Assembly: GCF_006345805.1 (NCBI RefSeq)
Contig: NC_043006.1
Coordinates: 95,294,001 to 95,358,000, forward strand
Direction of reading: 5' to 3'
Length of the DNA: 64,000 bases
Source: Octopus sinensis
Lineage: Eukaryota
The notes under the pieces were generated by a model. That model worked only from the letters and a program-made list of their open reading frames with translations. It had not been told where the DNA came from and searched no databases. This document shows, in pieces, positions 1 through 10,976 of the stretch; the first letter of the stretch is position 1; every line of letters begins with the position of its first letter. The position numbers and the translations under genes are program-made.

Positions 1-1756
1 TATTGTGGGTTAATTTATTTAATTTATTTTTATCTTATATTAAGGAAATTTTTTTGTAGTATATTATTATTATTTTTTTTCTATTTTTTAATTTATTTAT
101 TTTTTGGACACATATTTTTTTTATTGTTTATTTTTTATTTTAAAGTTTTTTTTATTTTGTATTTTTGTTTATTATTATGTGTTTACAGAATTCGTCAAGA
201 TCTTTATTTCTTGTTACTTCATTTTGTGATATTTTCAGTATTAATTTGATGCTTCTGCTATTTAATTTCTAATTCTGTTATATTATCCTTGAGTTCATTT
301 AGGTTTGCTCTGCGTGGAGTTGGTGTAAATTTGAGCCCTTTTGCGAGGATGTCAATTTTATGTTAGAAAGAGGTTTGGTTGAAAGATTGATTATCTTCGG
401 TTTTTCCTTATTACTAGGTTCCAGCCGTGTCCTGGTGTCCCTGGTCCCTGGCTAAAAAATGTTGGGTGTAATTTGTTTGTATGAGTTGTCTGTGAGGTTG
501 TGTGGTATTTGGTCGGGGGAGTGGTGGTATTGTTGCCTCCGATCGTTTGTGTGTGTGGGAATCTATGGTTGTTAATGCTTGTGGTGTGTGTAAAATTTCT
601 GTATGGGGAATATTTTTGTTTCGAACTTCTTGTATGTGCGATGTTGCTTGACATAGTGTTTCTTGCGTTTGTATTGTGTTTAGTGGGGACCAGTAGTTTT
701 GGTTCATGGGGTAGTAGTGATTTGTGTGTGGTGTATTTTCTTATCCTAGTGTCGTATTGTGCTGTATGGTGGTTGGGTCTGGTATTATGATGTTGTTGGT
801 TTGTTCTGTTTTTGGTGTAATTTCTTTCATAGACGCGTCCTCTTTCAGCTAGTTCCCTGTTAGGTCTAGCGTGGTTTGTAGAGGTTGGTTGTGGGTGATT
901 TCTGTTTTTAGTGTATGGAGGATAGTTGGGGGTTGTTCGTGGTTGTTAGGTTTTTCTTTTTTTTTGTTTTGTAATTTTCTTAAGGAAGGGATTATTTGTA
1001 CCCATTCATTTTTGAAGGTTCACTATATTTTTGGAAGAAGTCCATGTTTTTCTCCCAGCGTAGGAGAGAATTTCTCTCTCTCTCTCTCACAGGAATCCTT
1101 CCAGTGATCCAATGTATTATCGAGGGTTGTCCCTCGGTATATTTTAGTATTTGATTGTGCATCTCCTCGTCTATGCTTTTAAGTTTTTCTTCATTTGTGG
1201 AGGCCCTGAGTCTTAGAAGCTCTATTTCTGATTTAAAATTGAACAGAGCTGACTTTTCTCTAATAGATCTCTGTCCGTCAGGCTCGTTAGGAATTAATTT
1301 TATCTGGAATTGCGTGGGAGGATAATTGGTGTTGAGTTTATCCATCCCTCGTAGATATCTGCTTTGTTGGAATTTTTTATCATGTTCCAGAAGGTGAGTT
1401 TTCTGTTGTGCAGGTTTGTATTCCAAACGTTTCCTATTTTTCTTTTTGTTGGGTTGGTTTGGGTGCGTATGGTATCCGCTGTGTTTTCATTAGGTGCCTG
1501 TGTATTATTTTCGGATTTGTTGATGAAAATTGAGTTCAGTGTTTATATAACAGTTGTAGATCCTTACTCACCTGGTCATGTAACGGGTTGCATCTTCATT
1601 GCTTTTACTTTCCCGGGCGAGTAAGTTTGATTCCTCGATTTTGTTGTTCAGGTTAAGAAGCTGTGAATAATATTTTTCAGTTCTTTGAGTATGTCCTCAT
1701 TTAAGGTTTTGTCCAGGTGTTTGACTTCTGTGGCATTTTCGTTCTCACGTGTTTAA
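1..1756 (-). mobile_element. PLE family A, second head-to-tail copy (N-terminal part; runs off the window)
   Basis: 300-1756 is nearly identical to 4290-5745 apart from small indels. 1-300 is a deletion-riddled version of about 3890-4290. Confidence 0.93.
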
Positions 1757-1939
1757 TATATAGATAAGAAAGTTTGTTTGGTAAAGCACGTGGGTGAATA
1801 TATAAGAAAATAGTAAAGTGTGAAAAAACGACAGAAGGCTTAAATGTTAAAAAATATATATATTTGTGTCAAAATGTCTGGAGAATATTGGAAAAATTTT
1901 TTTTCCTTTCCTTAAAATGACATAATTTTAAAATTTTTA

Positions 1940-1979
1940 AAGAAATTACCGGTTTCGCGTGTAGCTTTTCAAATTTCTT
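1940..1979 (-). ncRNA. Minimal type I hammerhead ribozyme motif (U3:A8 core)
   Basis: Minus strand: AAGAAAT-TTGAAAA-GC tacac GC-GAAA-CCGG-TA-ATTTCTT. Perfect 7-bp stem I, palindromic ACCGGT stem III, GUA cleavage triplet. Confidence 0.8.
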
Positions 1980-2088
1980 GTGACGTTATGTTTATATTGC
2001 ATGGAATTATCGTTGTTTTTATTTCCAGGAGATTTCTAAATAAGGGGAGGTAGTGAGTGATTTTTTCCGGTGTAGGGGAGATAATCGC

Positions 2089-5000
2089 TTAAAAATTTTT
2101 TTTCCATTTCTTGTTAATTTCTCTCTGTGTCAGTATGTTCGGATGGTTGAGTCTGGGTTTGTACTTTTCAATGAAGAATGTTTCCTTGTTCAGTCTCATT
2201 TGTGTTGATGATCCGAAAGCACATTGGTAAAATGGGAAGATTAAAAATTGTGGCAGTAGTTGCTTTGCGCATTTCTCAATGTGCTCACTAAAAGGTATCA
2301 TTCTATATTCTGGGAATGCAATCTGTTGTCGATGCAGTGTGCATCTGCGCCTGAGTGATAGTCCCGTGGAACCCACGTAGTCTTGGTGGCAGCCCGAGCA
2401 TTTAATAACATAAATTATGTTTTCAGAGGCACAAGTAAAGTTAGATTTGATCTTAATTTCTGTCCCTCTTTAAAGAAGAATTCTGATCCTTCCAATAGGT
2501 TAGGACATGTTGCACAGTTCGATCTACCACATTTTTTTACTTTTGCATCCGTAATTTTAGAAGACAATTTTGCCTTTGTGAGAATCTTTTTAAGTGATTT
2601 AGGCTGTTTGTAGCTTTTAATGATTTGGTGTATGTTAGAATTTCCTTTAATTTTGGGTTTTTATGAAGTATTGGTAAATTCTGGGTGATGATGGTGAAGG
2701 CTTCTTTGTTTCTGGGGTTGTATGTAGATATGTAAGGTAGTATTTTCGGGGAAGGTGTGTTGTTGTGTTGAACTTTTCTTAAAGTTTCTATGTTGATTTC
2801 TGTTGCACGTCTGATCCCATCCTCTATGAGTTGAGCTGGGTAATGTCTGTCAATTAGGGTGTTTTTGAGTTCTTGCAGTCTAAAGTTCCTGGTATTTTGT
2901 TCTGACACTATTGTGCATATCCTTCTTGCAAGGTTGAAGGGGATGTTTGTTTTAGTGTGTCTTGGGTGGCATGAATTAAAAAGAAGGTATTGTTTGGCGT
3001 CTGTGGCTTTGTAAAAAATGTCTGTTTCTATTTTAAGGTTAATTTTTTTAATTAGTATATCCAAGAACGGGAGCTCCTTTTGGTTGTATTCCATTGTGAA
3101 CTGTATATTTGGGTTTATGCTGTTCAATAGGTTTTTAAATTTTAGGAGTTTATCTATGTTTTCATTCCAGAGAATGAAACAATCGTCTAGGAATCGTTTC
3201 CAATTCTCTTTTATGTATTGAGAGAGGGAGTTTCCAAAGATTGATAGAGATTCCTGGTAAATGATTATTTCCATGTATCCCATTGTTAAGTTCGCAATGA
3301 CTGGTGCTGCCCTTGTACCCATAGCAATTCCGGATTTTTGACGGTAAAATGTATTGTCAAACATGAAGTGGTTATTGTGTAGGATGAATTCAATTGATTT
3401 AGTAATGAATTCTTTACTGATCCTTTTTGGTATTTCTTCCGGAAATTGGTCTAACCAGAATTGTATTGCCTCCAGTCCATAATTATGAGGTATACTGGTA
3501 TACAAGTTGACTACATCATCAATGAAACCAGGATTGTTTCTTCCTTGGTTTTTTTGGAAGGTGGTTTAACATATCTAAGTCATCTCTGATATGGCTATCG
3601 ATATGTTTAAGGAAGGGTTTCAAGAGGATGTCCATAAGTAGACTTAGTCTGTGTGTTTCACAGGTTGGGCCAGCTACAATGGGTCGTAGTTTTAGGTCCC
3701 CCGGATTAGGTGTGTGTATGTATGTCTTTGGTGATTTTTTAATGGTTTCATTTATAATTTGACTTTTATGAATTTTTGGCAGACCATAGAAAAGGCTAGG
3801 TTTGCATTTAAAGTTTGTTAGGAAATCAATCTCTTTGGTTGTCAGTTCCTTTTCATGGGTTTTAATTAGTGAAGATAGAGTTTTCATTATTTTTTGTGGG
3901 GTGTAGTTGGTAATTTTTTCATAATGTAGGTCTTCATCAAGCAAGGAAATTACAAGATTTCTGTAGTATGATGTATCCATTATTACAACTGCATTTCCCT
4001 TGTCCGCTTCCTTAATGGTTATATCTTCATCATTTTGGAGTTCTATCAGTTCTTTCCATTGTGTATTGTTAAAATTTGGGTTAGCTTTCTGTTTATGTAT
4101 AGTATGGTAGGGGAAGTTCTCAATGTGGTTACAGAATTCGTCAAGATCTTTATTTCTTCCTCTGTGTGGGATGTGTTCACTTTTGTTCTTGACAAGTGAT
4201 TCATCTTCAGTATTGAAACTGTTTGATGCTTCTGCTAGTCTTAATTTTCTGCAAAATTCTGTTATATTATCCTTGAGTTCATTTAGGTTTGCTCTGCGTG
4301 GAGTTGGTGTAAATTTGAGCCCTTTTGCGAGGATGTCAATTTTTATGTTAGAAAGAGGTTTGGTTGAAAGATTGATTATCTTCGGTTTTTCCTTATTACT
4401 AGGTTCCAGCCTGTGTCCTGGTGTCCCTGGTCCCTGGCTAAAAAATGTTGGGTGTAATTTTGTTTGTATGAGTTGTCTGTGAGGTTGTGTGGTATTTGGT
4501 CGGGGGAGTGGTGGTATTGTTGCCTCCGATCGTTGTGTGTGTGTGGGAATCTATGGTTGTTAATGCTTGTGGTGTGTGTAAAATTTCTGTATGGGGAATA
4601 TTTTTGTTTCGAACTTCTTGTATGTGGGATGTTGCTTGACATAGTGTTTCTTTGCGTTTGTCTTGTGTTTAGTGGGGACCAGTAGTTTTGGTTCATGGGG
4701 TAGTAGTGATTTGTGTGTGGTGTATTTCTTATCCTAGTGTCGTATTGTGCTGTATGGTGGTTGGGTCTGGTATTAGATGTTGTTGGTTTGTTCTGTTTTT
4801 GGTGTAATTTCTTTCATAGACGCGTCCTCTTTCAGCTAGTTCCCTGTTAGGTCTAGCGTGGTTTGTAGAGGTTGGTTGTGGGTGATTTCTGTTTTTAGTG
4901 TATGGAGGATAGTTGGGGGTTGTTCGTGGGTTGTTAGGTTTTTCTTTTTTGTTTATTGTAATTTTCTTAAGGAAGGGATTATTTGTACCCAATTCATTTT

Positions 5001-5730
5001 TGAAGGTTTCACTATATTTTTGGAAGAAGTCCATGTTTTTCTCCCAGCGTAGGAGAGAATTTCTCTCTTCTCTCTCACAGGAATCCTTCCAGTGATCCAA
5101 TGTATTATCGAGGGGTTGTCCCTCGGTATATTTTAGTATTTGATTGTGCATCTCCTCGTCTATGCTTTTAAGTTTTTCTTCATTTGTGGAGGCCCTGAGT
5201 CTTAGAAGCTCTATTTCTGATTTAAAATTGAACAGAGCTGACTTTTCTCTAATAGATCTCTGTCCGTCAGGCTCGTTAGGAATTAATTTTATCTGGAATT
5301 TGCGTGGGAGGATAATTGGTGTTGAGTTTATCCATCCCTCGTAGATATCTGCTTTGTTGGAATTTTTTATCATGTTCCAGAAGGTGAGTTTTCTGTTGTG
5401 CAGGTTTGTATTCCAAACGTTTCCTATTTTTCTTTTTGTTGGGTTGGTTTGGGTGCGTATGGTATCCTGCTGTGTTTCATTAGGTGCCTGTGTATTATTT
5501 TCGGATTTGTTGATGAAAATTGAGTTCAGTGTTGTATATAACAGTTGTAGATCCTTACTCACCTGGTCAGTGTAACGGGTTGCATCTTCATTGCTTTTAC
5601 TTTCCCGGGCGAGTAAGTTTGATTCCTCGATTTTGTTGTTCAGGTTAAGAAGCTGTGAATTAATATTTTTCAGTTCTTTGAGTATGTCCTCATTTAAGGT
5701 TTTGTCCGAGGTGTTTGACTTCTGTGGCAT
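2089..5730 (-). CDS. PLE polyprotein, about 1,200 codons (N-terminal extension, RT, Zn linker, GIY-YIG endonuclease), split by frameshifts in this assembly
   Basis: ORF pieces 4729-5742, 3519-3980 (LFYGLPKIHK, LRPIV), 2537-3505 (GIAMGTRAAP, WKRFLDDCF) and 2089-2376. NIIYVIKCSGC..YVGST lies near 2370-2430. First ATG (MPQK) at 5730. Confidence 0.85.
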
Positions 5731-5933
5731 TTTCGTTCTCACGTGTTTAATATATAGATAAGAAAGTTTGTTTGGTAAAGCACGTGGGTGAATATATAAG
5801 AAAATAGTAAAGTGTGAAAAAAACGACAGAAGGCTTAAATGTTAAAAAATATATATATTTGTGTCAAAATGTCTGGAGAATATTGGAAAAATTTTTTTCC
5901 TTTCCTTAAAATGACATAATTTTAAAATTTTTA

Positions 5934-5973
5934 AAGAAATTACCGGTTTCGCGTGTAGCTTTTCAAATTTCTT
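5934..5973 (-). ncRNA. Minimal type I hammerhead ribozyme motif (U3:A8 core) in the 5' pLTR
   Basis: Identical to 1940-1979. Confidence 0.8.
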
Positions 5974-6013
5974 GTGACGTTATGTTTATATTGCTTTTGT
6001 TTATATTCCTTTT

Positions 6014-7332
6014 GGAATACAACCAAAAGGAGCTCCCGTTCTTGGATATCAATTAAAAAAATAACCTTAAAATAGAAACAGACATTTTTTACAAAGCCAC
6101 AGACGCCAAACAATACCTTCTTTTTAATTCATGCCACCCAAGACACACTAAAACAAACATCCCCTTCAACCTTGCAAGAAGGATATGCACAATAGTGTCA
6201 GAACAAAATACCAGGAACTTTAGACTGCAAGAACTCAAAAACACCCTAATTGACAGACATTACCCAGCTCAACTCATAGAGGATGGGATCAGACGTGCAA
6301 CAGAAATCAACATAGAAACTTTAAGAAAAGTTCAACACAACAACACACCTTCCCCGAAAATACTACCTTACATATCTACATACAACCCCAGAAACAAAGA
6401 AGCCTTCACCATCATCACCCAGAATTTACCAATACTTCATAAAAACCCAAAATTAAAGGAAATTCTAAACATACACCAAATCATTAAAAGCTACAAACAG
6501 CCTAAATCACTTAAAAAGATTCTCACAAAGGCAAAATTGTCTTCTAAAATACGGATGCAAAAGTAAAAAAATGTGGTAGATCGAACTGTGCAACATGTCC
6601 TAACCTATTGGAAGGATCAGAATTCTTCTTAAAGAGGGACAGAAATTTAAGATCAAATCTAACTTTACTTGTGCCTCTGAAAACATAATTTATGTTATTA
6701 AATGCTCGGGCTGCCACCAAGACTACGTGGGTTCCACGGGACTATCACTCAGGCGCAGATGCACTGCATCGACAACAGATTGCATTCCCAGAATATAGAA
6801 TGATACCTTTTAGTGAGCACATTGAGAATGCGCAAAGCAACTACTGCCACAATTTTTAATCTTCCCATTTTACCAATGTGCTTTCGGATCATCAACACAA
6901 ATGAGACTGAACAAGGAAACATTCTTCATTGAAAAGTACAAACCCAGACTCAACCATCCGAACATACTGACACAGAGAAATTAAACAAGGAAATGGAAAA
7001 AAAATTTTTTAAGCGATTATCTCCCCTACACCGGAAAAAATCACTCACTACCTCCCCTTATTTAGAAATCTCCTGGAAATAAAACAACGATAATTCCATG
7101 CAATATAAACATAACGTCACAAGAAATTTGAAAAGCTACACGCGAAACCGGTAATTTCTTTAAAAATTTTAAAATTATGTCATTTTAAGGAAAGGAAAAA
7201 ATTTTTCCAATATTCTCCAGACATTTTGACACAAATATATATATTTTTTAACATTTAAGCCTTCTGTCGTTTTTTCACACTTTACTATTTTCTTATATAT
7301 TCACCCACGTGCTTTACAAACAAACTTTCTTA

Positions 7333-7338
<6 letters not shown>
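6014..7338 (+). mobile_element. PLE family A inverted arm: RT thumb, GIY-YIG and 3'UTR, ending in (TA)n
   Basis: Reverse complement of about 1757-3092. ORF 6195-6566 matches the end of ORF 2537-3505. Stop at about 7010-7012, then UTR running into (TA)n at 7335-7375. Confidence 0.95.
7121..7160 (+). ncRNA. Minimal type I hammerhead ribozyme motif (U3:A8 core)
   Basis: aagaaat ttgaaaa gc tacac gc gaaa ccgg ta atttctt. Predicted cut between 7153 and 7154. Confidence 0.8.
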
Positions 7339-7375
<37 letters not shown>

Positions 7376-7378
<3 letters not shown>

Positions 7379-7840
7379 GGTAAGGTACTCAATACATAGC
7401 AGAGTAAATTAATTTATTTTATAGGAGCTTCTACAGGACTAGAACTTTTTCATTCAAATGAAATCATCAGGAAGCTTGCTGTCAAAATAAGTTCTGCCAT
7501 TTATACATTTAGGCAGATATATATGTGCTTGTAGAGAGAGATATATACATATGTATAAGTGGATGAGTGAGAGAACATGTGTGTTTGTGTATGTGTATGA
7601 GTGTGCATGTGAGTGTGTCTGTGTGTGAGTGTTTGCGTTTGTATCCGTGGGTAAAGAGATAGAAAGGAATGGAGAGGGGAGCGGTAGATGGATTTCATTT
7701 AGGCCTGCTGGAACCCTGGGGAGTTCTAGGACTTTTGGCGTTTGTCTACTCTAGCGCCACTAAATGTGTGTCGGCGGGTAGGTAGGTCATATATTATAGC
7801 TTTTATGATTCTGAAGACGGTCAAGGGAAAATAAAAATAA
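7376..7840 (-). mobile_element. PLE 3' remnant (different family): GIY-YIG tail plus UTR
   Basis: Minus translation near 7830-7690 gives IIKAIIYDLP...VPAGLNE, like the PLE xLxTxxPxGLN terminus. The UTR carries a hammerhead and ends in (TA)n. Confidence 0.65.
7426..7476 (-). ncRNA. Type I hammerhead motif with full stem III
   Basis: AGCTTC-CTGATGA-tttcatttgaat-GAAA-aag ttctagtc ctg-TA-GAAGCT. Confidence 0.7.
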
Positions 7841-8392
7841 AAATAAAATAAGGGAGGAAGATGAGGAAAGAAGAAAAATATATATATATATGTGTGTGTG
7901 TATGGGTGTGTATATTTATATATATATATGTGTAGATATATGTGTGCGTGTGTTTGCATGTATGTGTATTTGTATATATATGTGTATGTATATATATGTA
8001 TATGTATGTATGTGTATGTATGTGTATGTGTATATATATATATATGTGTGTGTGCTAGTGTATTTTTATGTATGTATGTGTGTGTCTGTATGTATATACA
8101 TGGGCATAGTATATGTATGTGTATGGATATTCGTATGTGTATGTATGTGGGTTTGTAAGTATATTTATTTTATATGTTCTTTTATGTATACTTATCTACT
8201 TCTTCCCTCCACTTAATAACAACCACAACAAACTGCCTAAAAGCGATAGTCTTCTAATTTACCTAAAACTCTATTCAATTATTCTATTTATTCATTTATT
8301 TACTTTATCACTGATTCTTTTGACCACTCCCCTAAGAACGACAGTTTATGCCCTGCTTACCCAAAAAACGTCCCCCGCCACCACCCCATTAA

Positions 8393-8493
8393 ATCTGCCT
8401 AAATGTATAAATGGCAGAACTTATTTTGACAGCAAGCTTCCTCATGATTTCATTTGAATGAAACAGTTCTAGTCGTGTAGAAGCTCCTACTAT
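8393..8493 (+). mobile_element. Inverted copy of the same PLE 3'UTR
   Basis: Reverse complement of about 7421-7518. Confidence 0.85.
8435..8485 (+). ncRNA. Type I hammerhead motif, mutated core (CTCATGA)
   Basis: agcttc ctcatga tttcatttgaat gaaa cag ttctagtc gtg ta gaagct. Confidence 0.6.
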
Positions 8494-8494
8494 A

Positions 8495-8537
<43 letters not shown>

Positions 8538-8687
8538 ATATAAATATATATATACATGTATACATATATATATATGCATGTACAATATACACATACATAT
8601 GTATAAACATATATGTATAAATATAAGCATGTGCGCGTGTACAGCTGTATTCGTATGCATTTACATATGTCTGTGTGCGTATATATA

Positions 8688-8720
<33 letters not shown>

Positions 8721-8774
8721 TATATATATTATATATATTATATATATATTATATATGTATACATGTATGTATAG

Positions 8775-9131
8775 TCTTTACTCTATTTTTCTTGTTTCAG
8801 TCATTTGACTGCGGCCATGTTAGAGCACCGCCTTTAATGGAGCATCTCGACCCCGGACTTATTCTTTTGTAAGCCCAGTACTTATTTTATCGGTCTCTTT
8901 TGCCGAACCGCTAGCTAACGGTGAAATAAACACACCAGCATCGGTTGTCAAGCAATGGTAAGGGGACAAACACAGACACACAAACACACACACGCATATA
9001 TATACATATATACGACGGGCTTCTTTCAGTTTCCGTCTACCAAATCCACTTACAAGGCTTTTGGTCGGCCCGAGGCTATAGTAGAAGTCACTTGCCCAAG
9101 GTGCCACGCAGTGAGACTGAACCCGGAACCA
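8775..9131 (-). mobile_element. tRNA-derived SINE family A
   Basis: Reverse complement of the copy at 53998-54402. Confidence 0.85.
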
Positions 9132-9800
9132 TTTTAATCCATCGTTCAATGAATTCTCAGATGATTTCTCAGGCCAAACATGGAGAAACACACAATTCCA
9201 TATCGATCCGAATTATTCGCAATTATCCTTTAATAAACCCTCATTGGTTGCGCGTGGGAATCAGGCCGTTACATGATTTTGTAACAAATAGCTTCAGATA
9301 CATTTGCTGATGTACACGTTTCACAGCATCACGCACACACGCATACACAAACACAGTCATACACATACATACACACACACACATATATATATATATACAC
9401 ATACATACAACACACATATATGTCTATCACAATGTGACGTACATGTATGTCATTTTTCCATTACATATGGGATGTTAAATAATTATTCCTATTTGTATCA
9501 TCATCATTATCATCATTATCATCAGTAGTAGTAGTAGTAAACGCAAAGAATTGGGAATCAGAGTTTCGTGGTTGCATCGTGAGATACTGACATAGACATG
9601 CTATCGCCTATGTCAAAATAATAATAAATGTATCTTGAAACATTCACTTGTATCTGGTGTGTGACTGTGTGTGTGTGCGCGTGTGAGTCAGTGGATTTTG
9701 GAGACATCGGGTGTTGTTTTCTATCACAATTTGGTTATTGACTGTAGTTAGGGATATAGCGAATTTTTGGCGTATGTATGTTTTAATATATATATATATA

Positions 9801-10341
9801 TCAACTTAGATAAACTTAAATATGTTTCGACCAAAGATTGGTCCAGGCCATGTCTAACTTAATAGCACCACCTGATAGGATTATTCGAATCCTGTTTAAG
9901 TCAAGTTTTGTTTAAGTCAAGTTTTGTTTAAGTCAAGTTTTGTTCAAGTAGTGAGTTCTTGTTGGGTGAGTTATATCCAATTATGGGTGGCTTATCTGGT
10001 ATTCTTTGAAGGAATCTATGCAGACTCTGTTTAAAGTTGATGGGATCCTTTTCCTCTTTGATCTCTCTCGGGACAATGTTAAATAGGGCAGGGCCTGTTG
10101 AGGAAAAGAAATTATGTTGCAGTGTACATGTATGTTGTGATCTTGAATTGGGCAGGGGACGTATAGCCCGTGGTCCAAGTCTTGGATGAACCTTGAAGCT
10201 AAAGTTTAGGTCGTTTGGGCAAAGTTGGCGGTATATTTTCCACATCGTACAAATGATGTACCGCTCACGGCGACGCTGGAGGAGTAAAGTTTCAAGGCTT
10301 TAAGGCGATCCCAATAATCGAGAGCTGCCATGCCTTCAATG
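9801..10341 (-). mobile_element. CR1/L2-type LINE 3' end
   Basis: LDYWDRLKALKLYS...FKQSLHRFLQRIPDKP..GY..NSLLE C-terminal motifs. Cut off by the N gap. Confidence 0.85.
9893..9948 (+). repeat. 16-bp tandem repeat x3.5 (tgtttaagtcaagttt) at the CR1 stop codon
   Basis: Read directly from the sequence. Confidence 0.95.
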
Positions 10342-10441
10342 NNNNNNNNNNNNNNNNNNNNNNNNNNNNNNNNNNNNNNNNNNNNNNNNNNNNNNNNNNN
10401 NNNNNNNNNNNNNNNNNNNNNNNNNNNNNNNNNNNNNNNNN
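10342..10441. other. Assembly gap (100 N)
   Basis: Run of exactly 100 N. Confidence 1.
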
Positions 10442-10595
10442 TTCTTTCATTTCCGTCTACCAAATCCACTCACAAGGCTCGGTCGGCCCGAGACTATAGT
10501 AAGAAGACTTGCCTGAGGTGCCACGCAGTGGGACTGTACCCGGAACTATGTGGTTAGTAAGCAAGCTACTTACCATATAGCACTCCTGCGCCTAT
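10442..10595 (-). mobile_element. SINE family A, 5' part
   Basis: Matches 53085-53247 in reverse, including A/B-box-like head. Confidence 0.85.
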
Positions 10596-10600
10596 ATATA

Positions 10601-10906
10601 CTTGCTGGATAAATTCAGGTGTTCTTATGATTTCAGAGCGTTTAGAATGCTTTTTATGCTTCGATACTGGTGATACGTTTTCATCTTCAGTCTCTAACTC
10701 CTTACAAACTTTGTAGACAAAAGATCTGGCAACTTCAAAAATCGAGATATTTCAAAATCGCTATACTCAGCCTTTATAACCACAATAACACCTTGCATCT
10801 TCATTTCTTGAGTAAGCTGAGGGTCTGCCATTATGATTTTCTGAAATAAAGCCAAAAATGCAGCAATGACCCCAAAAAGTTGTCCTCAAATACCTCACGC
10901 ACCCTA
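10601..10906 (-). mobile_element. Tc1/mariner-superfamily transposon 5' remnant (DD37D/maT-like N-terminus)
   Basis: ATG at 10831: MADPQLTQEMKMQGVIVVIKAEYSDFEISRFLK, then after a frameshift VARSFVYKVCKELE...HSKRSEIIRTPEFIQQ (HTH region). The terminus TA-tagggtg resembles TA-CAGGGTG. Confidence 0.7.
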
Positions 10907-10911
10907 TATAT

Positions 10912-10976
<65 letters not shown>

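Larger units (their letters stand above)
1757..5994 (-). mobile_element. Penelope-like element family A (Neptune-like): full unit plus 5' pseudo-LTR
   Basis: Read on minus: 3'UTR-derived pLTR (5994-5745, same as 2000-1750), long ORF with RT and GIY-YIG, then 3'UTR. The CGRSNCATC Cys linker between RT and endonuclease is typical of the Neptune clade. Confidence 0.95.

Noticed and set aside
9820-9860. GACC/GGTC hairpin followed by GAAAC in the CR1 3'UTR as a hammerhead
   Set aside because: No CUGANGA-like core upstream; more likely the ordinary LINE 3' stem-loop.
9893-9948. CRISPR-like repeat
   Set aside because: Contiguous 16-bp units with no spacers, in eukaryotic LINE context.
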